Origin: Eubacteriales bacterium
Lineage (GTDB): Bacteria; Bacillota; Clostridia; Oscillospirales; CAG-382
Direction of reading: 5' to 3'
Assembly: GCA_045544855.1 (NCBI GenBank)
Contig: JAZPZV010000010.1
Coordinates: forward strand, 8,410 to 72,409
DNA length: 64,000 bases
How positions within the stretch are numbered: the first letter of the stretch is position 1; the number at the start of each line of letters is the position of its first letter. Made by a program: the position numbers and the translations under genes. Shown here in pieces: positions 9,257 through 18,175 of this stretch. Below the pieces are notes generated by a model that saw only the letters and a list, made by a program, of their open reading frames with translations, ran no database searches and was not told the DNA's origin.

Positions 9257-10959
9257 AGGAACGGATGACGGTGACGGAGTTTTTCGGGCTGGACGAGCGG
9301 CAGGTGTTCTCCCGGGATCTTTCCCGCTCACCGGATATGCGCAACTTCAAGGTGACGGAAAACCGTACCCTGCAAAAGCGGGGAGGCATCGCCGCGGCAT
9401 TCACCGCACCCCAAGAGATCGACGGGTTTTGGTGCGGCTATCTCAACGGGACGGAATATCTGCTTTACCCGGCAGGGGGGACGTTATACGCCGTGACGCG
9501 GGACAGCGAAACTCCCCGGGCGGTGGGGAACGTGGGCGAAGGAAAGCACACCATGTTCTCCTTTGCGGGGAGGGTGTATATGAAAAACGCCGCAGGCTAT
9601 TACCGCTTTGACGGCACGGGAGTGGAGGAGGTGGAGGGATATATCCCTTTGGTGGCCATCGGCTGTGCTCCCGACGGCGGAGGAAGCAATTTCGAGGACG
9701 TGAATATGCTTACCTCCAAGAGAAGAGTCCGCTTTTCCTGCGATGGGGAGGCTAAGACCTTCACCCTGCCGGAGAGAGAGCTTGCGGGAATCGTTTCCAT
9801 CACCATGAACGGGGTGGCCTATCCCTTGCCCTACAACGCCGACCTTGCCGCGGGAACGGTGACCCTGGACACTCCCCCCGTGCAAGGCTTTGATAACCTG
9901 GAGATCATCTACGACAAAGGAAGCGACCGCAGAGAGGTGATCCTGAAGGCCGACGGGGTGATGCTCTTCGGAGGCGATACCGACGGACACGTGTTTTTGT
10001 GGGGAAATCCGGACTATCCCGCCTACCGCTTCCATTCCGAGCTGGCAGACGGTCAGCCCTCGGCGGAATACTTCCCGGAAAACAACTACACCATCATCGG
10101 AAGCTCTCCCATTACGGACATCATCTCCCAGTACGACCGCCAGCTGATCTTTACCAAGGAGCGTGCGTACTATTCCTACTGTCAGCTGTTGACCGGGGTG
10201 GACGGACATCTGTACGCCTCCTTTCCCGTGTATAACCTGAACGGGGAAAAGGGAAGCTTGCTTTCCGGGGCGGGCTGTATCATGAACAACGAGCCTGTGA
10301 CGCTGTGCGCCGATGGGTTGAACTATTGGCAATCCACGGCGGTGGAAAACGAAAAGAACGCAGTTTGCTTCTCCGCCCCGGTGGGGAAGACTTTGCGCAG
10401 GGTGCTGGCCTCGGGGGATCTTGATCACCTGCGGCTGTACAACCACCGTGCAGCAGGGGAGCTGTACCTTATCTGCGGTGAGGTGGCGTTGATCTACAAC
10501 TACAAGCTGGGGGTCTGGTACGCCTACGACAATTTTGAGGCGGAGCATCTCGGGGAGTTCGGAGGCAACTTGTATTTCACCCGAGGGAATCGGGTGCTGT
10601 ATCTGGATCCCGATGCGGCCTACGACGAAGACGGGATCATCAAGGCCTATTGGGAATCTCCCAAAACGCCTCTGCAATCCGACGGCAAGCGGAAGCGCCT
10701 GTCGGAGATGGCCTTGGAGCTTCACACCGCAGGAGAGCCCATTCTGGACGTGATCTACGGCGAGGACATGGAGCACGGGGTGGTCTTGAACCCCAAGCAT
10801 GAAGGGGAAGGCCTTTTGGATCTCCATTTCCGCACGGGGGCTTTGCGGTGCTCCCGTTTGGGGATCCGCTTCCAGGAGCAGGACTATGCTCACAATGAAC
10901 TAATTTCCATGACCTTGGTCTATGGAAGGAAAGGACGATATGAAAGAAACGGAATATAA
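9253..10959 (+). CDS. large phage structural protein of unknown function (568 aa)
   Basis: Beta-rich with repeated aromatic/Gly motifs (YYRFDGTG, LYAVTRD, LYFTRGN). Translationally coupled to its upstream neighbour. Confidence 0.6.
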   Translation: MKERMTVTEFFGLDERQVFSRDLSRSPDMRNFKVTENRTLQKRGGIAAAFTAPQEIDGFWCGYLNGTEYLLYPAGGTLYAVTRDSETPRAVGNVGEGKHTMFSFAGRVYMKNAAGYYRFDGTGVEEVEGYIPLVAIGCAPDGGGSNFEDVNMLTSKRRVRFSCDGEAKTFTLPERELAGIVSITMNGVAYPLPYNADLAAGTVTLDTPPVQGFDNLEIIYDKGSDRREVILKADGVMLFGGDTDGHVFLWGNPDYPAYRFHSELADGQPSAEYFPENNYTIIGSSPITDIISQYDRQLIFTKERAYYSYCQLLTGVDGHLYASFPVYNLNGEKGSLLSGAGCIMNNEPVTLCADGLNYWQSTAVENEKNAVCFSAPVGKTLRRVLASGDLDHLRLYNHRAAGELYLICGEVALIYNYKLGVWYAYDNFEAEHLGEFGGNLYFTRGNRVLYLDPDAAYDEDGIIKAYWESPKTPLQSDGKRKRLSEMALELHTAGEPILDVIYGEDMEHGVVLNPKHEGEGLLDLHFRTGALRCSRLGIRFQEQDYAHNELISMTLVYGRKGRYERNGI

Positions 10960-12073
10960 TTCTTGGCTGGAAGAAGCCAAAACGGCGCTGGATACCTTTT
11001 CCGCAGGGCAGGAGGAGCTGGCAAAGCTGTATCAGCAGGCCATGGCCAACGCCAAAACGGAGCATGAAGCCCAAAAAGAACAGCTTGCAAAGGACACCGT
11101 TGCAAGCAAGAACCAAGCGGTGGTGGACAATGCAAAGACGGAAAGAGATCTGGACCGCACCCTTGCCTCCCGGGGGCTGTCCTTTTCCGGGGAGAACGCC
11201 CAGACGGGGCTGGATCTGGCCTTGGATCTGCGGAGTCGTCTGGCGGAGCTGGATGACAAGGAGGACCGTCTTTCCGCCGAGCTGGACGGTAAGCACAACG
11301 ACACCCAAACCAAACTGGCCATGGAGTATGCCGAAACGCGCTCCGCAGGGGCGGAAAAGCTTGCGGATATGATGCTGGGGATGGCGGCTGTTTCTCCCGA
11401 GGCCCCCTCGGAAAACGGACCCGCTACCCCCGAGACGGCTCCCGAGCCGGACAATCTCTACGGCATTCCCATGCCCGACCTGACGGGGCTGAGCTTCTCC
11501 GCACGGGTCAAGGCCATGGCGGAGTACGCTACGAAGGTGCAGGCGGCAAAGGAGCTGGCGGAGAAATTCACTCCCACCGTTTCCGCCAAGGAGCTGGCAA
11601 AGCAGTTGGTCTCCGTGGCGGGGGAGAACGGGATCGTCGGTAGCATCGCCCAGCAGGAGACCTTGGAGACCATGCTTTCTAAGCTGTTGGAGGCCCACGA
11701 CCTTTCTCCCACGTATCTGGAGGAATTGATGCTGAACCTGCGTTCCCTGGGCTACCGTCCCGATTACCGCGAGGACGTTGCCTACGGTATGGAGGATCTG
11801 CAGAACCGCTCCGTGGAGGCGAGAGACAGCTATTACGAACGCTACTACCGTCTGTACCGCTCCGCAGGCTACGAGCCCGAGGAAAGCGACCGTCTGGCGG
11901 CAGAGCAGGCGCTGTTCCTGCAGTTCGTGTTCCTCTACCGCAACAGCAGATCCAAGGAGATGTTCGAGACCGCCATGAGCGGCCTGGGCTACCGCAAGGA
12001 GCTGGATGACTTTTACGGGGCCATCTCCAAGGACCCCGACAAGTACGGTCTGGGCTCTTCCTTGGAGAAGTAA
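10940..12073 (+). CDS. phage structural protein with N-terminal coiled coil (377 aa)
   Basis: GGAAGGAAAGGA RBS before the ATG at 10940. Heptad-rich N-terminal half, AP/E linker, and a Tyr/Arg-rich C-terminal domain. Confidence 0.55.
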   Translation: MKETEYNSWLEEAKTALDTFSAGQEELAKLYQQAMANAKTEHEAQKEQLAKDTVASKNQAVVDNAKTERDLDRTLASRGLSFSGENAQTGLDLALDLRSRLAELDDKEDRLSAELDGKHNDTQTKLAMEYAETRSAGAEKLADMMLGMAAVSPEAPSENGPATPETAPEPDNLYGIPMPDLTGLSFSARVKAMAEYATKVQAAKELAEKFTPTVSAKELAKQLVSVAGENGIVGSIAQQETLETMLSKLLEAHDLSPTYLEELMLNLRSLGYRPDYREDVAYGMEDLQNRSVEARDSYYERYYRLYRSAGYEPEESDRLAAEQALFLQFVFLYRNSRSKEMFETAMSGLGYRKELDDFYGAISKDPDKYGLGSSLEK

Positions 12074-12080
12074 AGAAAGG

Positions 12081-12386
12081 ATGGACGTTATGGAACTGAT
12101 GGAATTTCTCCGCCCCGAGCTGGCGGTGCTGGTGCCCGTGCTTTACGTTTTGGGCGTGGTGCTCAAAAAGAGTCCCTTGCAGGATTGGCTGATCCCCTTC
12201 GTGCTCTGCGTGGCAGGGTGCGTGCTGTCCTTCCTGTATCTGGTGTCCTTGGGGGTGGATTCTCCCGCAGATTGGCTGTCGCTGACCTTTTCCGCCATCA
12301 CCCAAGGGGTGATCTGCGCCGCCTGCAGTGTGTACGCCAAAAATCTGATCAAGCAGGCAAAGGAGGGGATGGACCGTGAAACGTAG
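12081..12386 (+). CDS. phage holin (three predicted TM helices)
   Basis: 101 aa with AAAGAAAGG RBS. TM segments LAVLVPVLYVLGVVL, LIPFVLCVAGCVLSFLYLV and LTFSAITQGVICAACSVYA, followed by a charged C-terminal tail. Confidence 0.7.
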   Translation: MDVMELMEFLRPELAVLVPVLYVLGVVLKKSPLQDWLIPFVLCVAGCVLSFLYLVSLGVDSPADWLSLTFSAITQGVICAACSVYAKNLIKQAKEGMDRET

Positions 12387-12458
12387 ATGGTTTGACCTGC
12401 CCGTAAAGCTTTACCGTGCTTTGTACGAAGCTTTGTTTTTCTGCCTTTACGGCGCGGA

Positions 12459-12776
12459 ATGACGGGGGAGATCTACGAGCTGTTGGCGGTGTTCTTCTCC
12501 TCGGCAGGGGTGCTGGGCACAGCCGTCTCCGCCGTGCTGGCCCATATGCTCCGCCGTGCCAAAAAGGATGCGGAGCAAAAGCGCAAGGAGCGGATCGCCC
12601 TGGAGCTTTACCGCTTGGAGGGGGAAGAATTGCTTTCCGCATTGGTGCTGGCCTTGGTGCGGGCGGGGGACGCCCAAGACCCCACCTTGGAGACGGCGGC
12701 CAAGGCCTATGAACAGCATTGGGAAAAGCGAAAGCATTTCTGCAACGAGTTTATCACCAAGCACACCGCCGTGTAA
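12459..12776 (+). CDS. small membrane protein (N-terminal TM plus charged helix)
   Basis: 105 aa. TM segment LLAVFFSSAGVLGTAVSAVLA followed by a basic RRAKKDAEQKRKER helix. Last gene before the terminator. Confidence 0.5.
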   Translation: MTGEIYELLAVFFSSAGVLGTAVSAVLAHMLRRAKKDAEQKRKERIALELYRLEGEELLSALVLALVRAGDAQDPTLETAAKAYEQHWEKRKHFCNEFITKHTAV

Positions 12777-12782
12777 CCTATG

Positions 12783-12820
12783 GAAAGAAGGTTCTCCAAA
12801 AGGCCTTCTTTCTTCTTATA
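12783..12820 (+). terminator. intrinsic terminator ending the phage-like module
   Basis: Stem GAAAGAAGG / CCTTCTTTC followed by a T-rich tail. Confidence 0.6.
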
Positions 12821-12836
12821 TACGAAATAGACGGGG

Positions 12837-12865
12837 TTGACATTTTTTGGAGAATCTGGTATAGT
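12837..12865 (+). promoter_or_regulatory. sigma-A-type promoter of the large lipoprotein gene
   Basis: TTGACA (12837-12842), 17-nt spacer, TATAGT (12860-12865). Confidence 0.65.
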
Positions 12866-12908
12866 AGAGTTACCAAGTCGAAATCAAAACAGAAGGGAGT
12901 ATTCTTTT

Positions 12909-15713
12909 ATGAAGAAAACCCTGTTATGCTTGATGATCGCTTGCGCATTCCTTTGCGTATTGGTCTCTTGTACCGCCTCTCCCGAGGAGAGTGCGCCTGC
13001 TTCCTCTTCGGCAGACTCCGTGGCGGAATCTATGCCTCCCGCAGAGGAATCCGTATCCTCCGAGCCGGAAGCAAGTGAACCCGAGGCCAGCGAACCCGAA
13101 GCAAGCGAGCCCGAGATCAGCGAACCCGAGGTCAGTGGACCCGAGGTCAGCGAGCCCGAGGTCAGCGAGCCCGAGGTGAGTGAACCCGAAGTAAGCGAAC
13201 CCGAAGTAAGTGAACCCGAGGTCAGCGAACCCGAAGTAAGTGAACCCGAGGTCAGCGAACCGGAAACGGTATTTGCGGAGAACGTAGAGATCTCCTCTTC
13301 CAAGGAAGAACTGTATCCCGGCGAAACTGCCACCCTCACCGTTACGGTGACCCCCGAGGAAGCCACCGACAAGAGCGTGATTTGGGAAATCGACTCCGGC
13401 AGTGAATACGCTACTCTCTCTGCCGACGGTGTGCTCACCACCAAGGCGGCAGGCACCGTGGTGGTCAAGGTCACCACCAAGGATGGCTCCGACATATCCG
13501 CATTCTATACGATTACTGTGAAGGCTGTTCCCGCTTCCTCTATCACCATCAGCGGTGACAAGGAAGTGACGGCGGGCGGCCGGATCACCCTCACTGCCAC
13601 CGTGAAGCCGGAGGATGCTGACAAGGGCGTGGTTTGGACTGTTGAATCCGGAGAGAAGTTTGCTTCTATCTCTGCAGATGGCGTTCTCACTGCGGTCGCT
13701 CCCGGTGAAGTGGTGGTCAAGGCCACCGCAAAGGATGGCTCCGGTGTGTCCGCCACCTATACCGTTACCGTGAAGCCTGTTTTGGTGACCTCCATCACCA
13801 TCAGCGGCAACACCACCGTGGAGGAGGGTAAGACGGTTACTCTGTCTGCCGCCGTGAAGCCCGACAACGCCACCAATAAGGGCGTGACTTGGTCTATCGA
13901 ATCCGGCAGCAAGTATGCTTCCATCTCTGCCGACGGTGTTCTGACGGCGAAGGCCGCAGGTAAGGTCACCGTAAAAGCCACCGCAAAGGATGGCTCCGGT
14001 GTGTCCGCCACCTATACCGTTACTGTGAAGCCTGTTTTGGTGACCTCCATCACCATCAGCGGCAACACCACCGTGGAGGAGGGTAAGACGGTTACTCTGT
14101 CTGCCGCCGTGAAGCCGAGCAATGCTTCCAACAAGGAAGTCACTTGGTCTATCGATTCCGGCAGCAAGTATGCTTCCATCTCTGCCGACGGTGTTCTGAC
14201 GGCGAAGGCCGCAGGTAAGGTCACCGTAAAAGCCACCGCAAAGGACGGCTCCGGTGTTTCTGCGACTTATACCGTTACCGTAAAGGCGGGTGCTATGTGG
14301 GAAGGGGAAGGCACCAAGGCCAATCCGTTCCTCATTAAGAACCTTACCGATCTGAAAAATCTGCAGAAGGTGGTGGACAAGAAGGGCTATTACTTCCTGC
14401 AGGTTGCGGATATTGACTGTTCTTCCGTGGAGACCTGGATCGTCATCGGTACCGATGAAAATCCCTTCCGCCATCACTACGACGGCGGCGGATACACCAT
14501 CAAGGGTCTGCATTTTGCAGGTGAGACCGGCGGGTTGATCACCGTTGCGGAGGACGCCACTTTCCGTGATATCCATATCGAAAATGTCACCGCAAGGGAC
14601 GTACAAGCATACCTTGGCTCCATAGTAGGCTACGGCATCAACTGCTCCTTCTATGGTTGCAATGCCAAAGTGGATTTCAGCGGGTCGTACCCCAACGTGG
14701 GCGGTATCGTCGGCTACGTGGTGCTGAACGAAAACCAGACGGTATTGATGGAAAACTGCCATGCGGAGGGTACCATCGACGGCGGTGCCTATAGCGGCGG
14801 CTTGATCGGACATATTTACAAGTATTACGAAAATAACGAAACTCCCGAAGAACCCAAGGCGGCGGTGACCGATTGCTACGCCAACGTGGAGATCTCCGTG
14901 CTTGGCGGTGCCGGTGACGGCGCCAATGCGGGCGGGCTCATCGGTTGCTCCAACGGCGTGAAGATCCATCATTGTCATGCCACGGGCAACGTGATTGCTA
15001 AGTTTGAATACTTGGGCGGCTTGGTGGGGCAATCCGGCTACGCTTGCGAGATCGCCTACTGCTACGCCACGGGAGACGTGACCTGCACCTCCGACGATCA
15101 GTACGGCGGCGCCTTTGCAGGGGGCTTGGTAGGGTATATGTTCAGCGATACCCACGTTCACGATTGCTACGCCACGGGAGATATTTCCGCTCCCGACGTG
15201 GGTTGGAGCAACTGTCAGGATAAGCCTTCCATGGACGGCGGTCCTTGGCTGAACTACCGCAATCCCTGCGGCTCCTTGATCGGTTGCATCCACGTGATCG
15301 GTCAAAGCTACAAGATGGAGCTTTACAACTGCTACGCCACGGGCACGGTGTATGCGCCCAAGATCTGCGAGGATGACCGCGTTTACTGCCACGGTGCAGT
15401 GGTAGGGTGTATCTACGACCACGTCACCCGCCGCAACGTCATCGACAAGAGCAAGTACGATCAGACCGATTGGGCAGGCTTCAGCGAACTCCCCTTTACA
15501 CGGTTGGAGAGCTGTTTCAACGTGGAGGCTTTGCGTACCTACTTCCGGCCCATCACCGAGTTTACCAGATCTTCCCAGCGCAAGTACGAAATGCCCATCC
15601 ACGAATACGTTACCATCGTCACCACCACACAACTGAAGGATCAATCCGTCTTTGAGGGCTGGGACTTCCAAAACGTGTGGATCATGGGCGAAAACGGACC
15701 CGAGCTGCGATAA
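12909..15713 (+). CDS. large surface lipoprotein: (SEPEV)n linker, four Big_2 Ig-like domains, C-terminal GLUG-motif repeat region
   Basis: Lipobox LVSC. 14 tandem SEPE[AIV] pentapeptides. Four ~84-aa Big_2 units (TLTxTVxPE..VxWxxx[13 protein letters not shown]). C-terminal repeats of GGLIG/GGLVG with CYATG/CHATG. Confidence 0.85.
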   Translation: MKKTLLCLMIACAFLCVLVSCTASPEESAPASSSADSVAESMPPAEESVSSEPEASEPEASEPEASEPEISEPEVSGPEVSEPEVSEPEVSEPEVSEPEVSEPEVSEPEVSEPEVSEPETVFAENVEISSSKEELYPGETATLTVTVTPEEATDKSVIWEIDSGSEYATLSADGVLTTKAAGTVVVKVTTKDGSDISAFYTITVKAVPASSITISGDKEVTAGGRITLTATVKPEDADKGVVWTVESGEKFASISADGVLTAVAPGEVVVKATAKDGSGVSATYTVTVKPVLVTSITISGNTTVEEGKTVTLSAAVKPDNATNKGVTWSIESGSKYASISADGVLTAKAAGKVTVKATAKDGSGVSATYTVTVKPVLVTSITISGNTTVEEGKTVTLSAAVKPSNASNKEVTWSIDSGSKYASISADGVLTAKAAGKVTVKATAKDGSGVSATYTVTVKAGAMWEGEGTKANPFLIKNLTDLKNLQKVVDKKGYYFLQVADIDCSSVETWIVIGTDENPFRHHYDGGGYTIKGLHFAGETGGLITVAEDATFRDIHIENVTARDVQAYLGSIVGYGINCSFYGCNAKVDFSGSYPNVGGIVGYVVLNENQTVLMENCHAEGTIDGGAYSGGLIGHIYKYYENNETPEEPKAAVTDCYANVEISVLGGAGDGANAGGLIGCSNGVKIHHCHATGNVIAKFEYLGGLVGQSGYACEIAYCYATGDVTCTSDDQYGGAFAGGLVGYMFSDTHVHDCYATGDISAPDVGWSNCQDKPSMDGGPWLNYRNPCGSLIGCIHVIGQSYKMELYNCYATGTVYAPKICEDDRVYCHGAVVGCIYDHVTRRNVIDKSKYDQTDWAGFSELPFTRLESCFNVEALRTYFRPITEFTRSSQRKYEMPIHEYVTIVTTTQLKDQSVFEGWDFQNVWIMGENGPELR
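13059..13268 (+). repeat. in-frame 15-nt tandem repeat (14 units) encoding SEPE[A/I/V]
   Basis: Units such as GTCAGCGAGCCCGAG repeat head to tail with synonymous variation. Confidence 0.95.
13751..14260 (+). repeat. near-identical 255-nt tandem duplication (two Big_2 domains)
   Basis: CGCCACCTATACCGTTAC...GGTGACCTCCATCACCATCAGCGGCAACACCACCGTGGAGGAGGGTAAGACGGTTACTCTGTCTGCCGCCGTGAAGCC occurs at 13751 and again at 14006. Confidence 0.9.
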
Positions 15714-15744
15714 GGAATCAAACGGTTTTACACAGAAATAAACA

Positions 15745-15785
15745 AAGAGCAGAGAGCAGACGGTGTTCTCTGCTCTTTATATTTG
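15745..15785 (+). terminator. intrinsic terminator of the lipoprotein gene
   Basis: 11-bp stem AAGAGCAGAGA / TCTCTGCTCTT followed by a T-rich tail. Confidence 0.75.
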
Positions 15786-15940
15786 GTGAAGTTTTCGCTT
15801 TTTGCGAAAGTGAAGTTACGCAAAGAATCGTTTGCGCAGTGAAGTTCGTCTGAACGTCGAGTGAAGTTCAGTTTGCCCGCTTTGCCGAAGGCAAAACTTC
15901 ACGTTCTGCAGGAACACTTCACTTTCGCAGAAAACTTCAC
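15786..15940. repeat. array of the 8-mer GTGAAGTT (4 direct copies, then 3 inverted) separating short variable hairpins
   Basis: GTGAAGTT at 15786, 15810, 15839 and 15861. AACTTCAC/ACTTCAC at 15895, 15916 and 15933. A 14-bp inverted repeat pairs 15803-15816 with 15916-15929. Confidence 0.85.
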
Positions 15941-16007
15941 TTGCCCCAAGGGGGCAAACTTAGTTTCTTTGCGTCTGAAAAGACGCAAAGCGGCTTCCTT
16001 TTTGCTC

Positions 16008-16036
16008 TTGAAATGTTCATATCTTTGTGGTACAAT
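16008..16036 (+). promoter_or_regulatory. sigma-A-type promoter of the 16063-18113 operon
   Basis: TTGAAA (16008-16013), 17-nt spacer with TGG, TACAAT (16031-16036). Confidence 0.6.
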
Positions 16037-16062
16037 GGGAGCAATTGAAAGGAAGGTACTGT

Positions 16063-16563
16063 ATGAAGAACATCTGGAAGAAATATTGGCCCCTTTGCAG
16101 CTTGGCCGCGATCCTGCTGGCAGTGGGGTTGGCGTTTTTGATCTACGCCATGCGCTCCACCCCCCAAAAGGCTGTGGAGGGATATATCCGCGCCTCTTTG
16201 GAGTATGACGTGGATGGGCTTTTGGAGCACGCCTCGGAATACCAGCTCACCTCCCTTGCGGGGAACGTGGAGATGGATCTTGAGACCTTGCGGGAAATGC
16301 TGACGGTAGCCTATCAGCAGGCGGCGGAATACAGCGAGACGGGGAAGATCAAGTTCTACTCCGAAGAGCCTGTTTACGTTGTTCACGGCTCCGATCAATA
16401 CAACGAGTTTTTGGATCGCTACGGGGTGCGTGCCACTCCCGAGGACGTGGACGAGATGGCCATCGTATCGGGGACGTATTACGTGGACGGCAAATTGAAG
16501 GATAAATACCGCGTAGTGGCGGTGAACTGCGGCGGCACTTGGTATTACGGCTTTATTGAGTGA
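16063..16563 (+). CDS. membrane-anchored hypothetical protein (166 aa)
   Basis: GAAAGGAAGG RBS. N-terminal TM segment WPLCSLAAILLAVGLAFLIYA followed by a small alpha/beta domain. Confidence 0.7.
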   Translation: MKNIWKKYWPLCSLAAILLAVGLAFLIYAMRSTPQKAVEGYIRASLEYDVDGLLEHASEYQLTSLAGNVEMDLETLREMLTVAYQQAAEYSETGKIKFYSEEPVYVVHGSDQYNEFLDRYGVRATPEDVDEMAIVSGTYYVDGKLKDKYRVVAVNCGGTWYYGFIE

Positions 16564-16574
16564 GGAAAAAGGAT

Positions 16575-18113
16575 ATGAAGATCGAAAGAAAAGACGGCAA
16601 GCTTTTGGTGACGGTGGAGACCCAAGGCAACGTAGACGACCAAAGAGATCTCCGCCAGCCCTTCCGCAATCGCTTTGCGGGTGGTACTTATACCGCCACC
16701 CTTTCCGAGGCGGAGGATCTGACTCCCCCTGCGGCCATCCGCTACACCAAGCGTGGCGGCGGTGTGTACGTTTACAGCAACAACCCCGAGATGCTGGCAC
16801 CCCCGGACGTGGGGCAGGCCATTCTGAAAAACCAGGGGCTGACAGGGGAAATCTTCTTCACCTACGAGCATTCCAACCATACCGGTGCGCCCTTCTTCCT
16901 GGGGTATCAGCTTCGTAACGAGGAGGAGCACCCCGTGGAGGTAACGGTGCTGAACATCGGCAACCAGGTGCGGGGCGAATGGCTGGGTCAAAGAGAATGG
17001 AGCGATTTTTACAGCCTGAAGTTTGACCTGCCTGCCGATTACTTCCTGGAAGACGGCAAGACGGTGAACCCCATCTACGTGGGGTGCGATTATATTGACT
17101 ACACCCCTCAGCTCTATACCCCCGAGGTGTTTACCATCCCCGCAGGGGGCTATCTCTGGGTGCTGGGCGGTACCTCCGGGGATCTGGCCTACGGCTCCCT
17201 TTCGGGAAAGACGGCGGATCAGGCCGTTCTGAACGGCAAGTGTGCCAACGGCGCGGTGCGCTTTATCGTCAGCGGCGGCAAGGTGACGGGTACCTTCTGG
17301 TGCTACACCGAGCCCGCTCAGTGCGACCCCGCAAAGCCCCAGCAGGGCTACGTGGTCAACCGTGACGGCAGAAACTACGCCGCCCAGTACAAGGGCATTG
17401 ACGACACCACCGTCGGCCTTGCGGAGACGGAGGCGATGTGGATCTTCGGCGACGCCACCAAAGCGGGCAGACTCCCCGTGGAGTACACCGTCCGCCGTGA
17501 CCCGGAGCATCTTTCCGTGACGGAGCCATATACACGGCTGAACCTGCGGGACTACAAGGTGGAAAGCGATTGCTGGCTCACCTCCCTGAATCCCAACGAC
17601 AATCCCACCGCCGTGGGCACGGATATGATCGTCTTCAAGTGCGTTACCGAGGATGGCAGAGAGGTGTGCATAGACACCGAGACCACCGACGGGGAAGGGA
17701 AGAAATCCAACATCGGCAACTGGATGATGCAGAACCAGGTGAACTACACCTTCGCCAACGCAGGCAAACGGGACAGACGTTTGAAGATCTATTCCCGTGG
17801 CACCGGCGTTCTTGCGGTGATGGTGCGGGAGGAAAGCGGCAGACTTCTGGAAAAGAAGCTGCTGTTGCAGCCCTACAACTTCGACAAAAAGGAAAACGCC
17901 TTTGCAGGGGTGGACAGAGACCTGCTGGTGGAAAAGAACGGCCGCTGGTGGTTCCCCGTTTCCGACGGCAGACCCTTCTGCGACGTGTGGGACCAGCGTT
18001 CTCTGGCATACCAGCTTACCGTCCCTGCCGAAACGGTGTGCAGGATCTCCATTGACGACCTGATCTTGGCCAATTCCTGCGGCGGCGTGAACCATTGGGT
18101 AGAGATCGACTAA
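16575..18113 (+). CDS. hypothetical protein (512 aa), no recognisable family, no signal peptide
   Basis: GGAAAAAGG RBS. Long ORF with host-like codon usage, 12 nt after the upstream gene. Confidence 0.75.
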   Translation: MKIERKDGKLLVTVETQGNVDDQRDLRQPFRNRFAGGTYTATLSEAEDLTPPAAIRYTKRGGGVYVYSNNPEMLAPPDVGQAILKNQGLTGEIFFTYEHSNHTGAPFFLGYQLRNEEEHPVEVTVLNIGNQVRGEWLGQREWSDFYSLKFDLPADYFLEDGKTVNPIYVGCDYIDYTPQLYTPEVFTIPAGGYLWVLGGTSGDLAYGSLSGKTADQAVLNGKCANGAVRFIVSGGKVTGTFWCYTEPAQCDPAKPQQGYVVNRDGRNYAAQYKGIDDTTVGLAETEAMWIFGDATKAGRLPVEYTVRRDPEHLSVTEPYTRLNLRDYKVESDCWLTSLNPNDNPTAVGTDMIVFKCVTEDGREVCIDTETTDGEGKKSNIGNWMMQNQVNYTFANAGKRDRRLKIYSRGTGVLAVMVREESGRLLEKKLLLQPYNFDKKENAFAGVDRDLLVEKNGRWWFPVSDGRPFCDVWDQRSLAYQLTVPAETVCRISIDDLILANSCGGVNHWVEID

Positions 18114-18123
18114 ACGAATCAAG

Positions 18124-18155
18124 AAGGACGATGGCTTTGTTCCATCGTCCTTTTT
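18124..18155. terminator. intrinsic terminator between convergent genes
   Basis: 11-bp stem AAGGACGATGG / CCATCGTCCTT followed by TTTTT. Confidence 0.75.
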
Positions 18156-18175
18156 GCGTAGTGCTGTTGAAAAGG

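Larger units (their letters stand above)
3679..12776 (+). mobile_element. phage-derived head/packaging/lysis gene cluster (cryptic prophage remnant, satellite or GTA-like element)
   Basis: Eleven co-directional genes: terS, terL, portal, scaffold, capsid, four unknown structural genes, holin, and a TM protein. No integrase, repressor, replication or recognisable tail genes. Confidence 0.6.

Noticed and set aside
13059-13268. Regular short repeats that could be mistaken for a CRISPR array
   Set aside because: The period is 15 nt with no unique spacers. The repeats are in frame and encode SEPEV inside a long lipoprotein ORF. No cas genes are present in the window.
12924-15671. Very long antisense ORFs: this 915-aa one, plus 39-938(-), 2049-3248(+), 7578-8870(-), 9484-10893(-), 16545-18467(-), 21402-23255(-), 28749-30026(+), 30843-33578(+), 41161-42801(+), 45072-47405(+), 50569-52110(+), 58034-59734(+) and 59863-61386(+)
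   Set aside because: These are shadow ORFs typical of GC-rich DNA. They lie opposite genes with clear family signatures, have Arg/Gly/His/Val-biased low-complexity translations, and lack RBSs.
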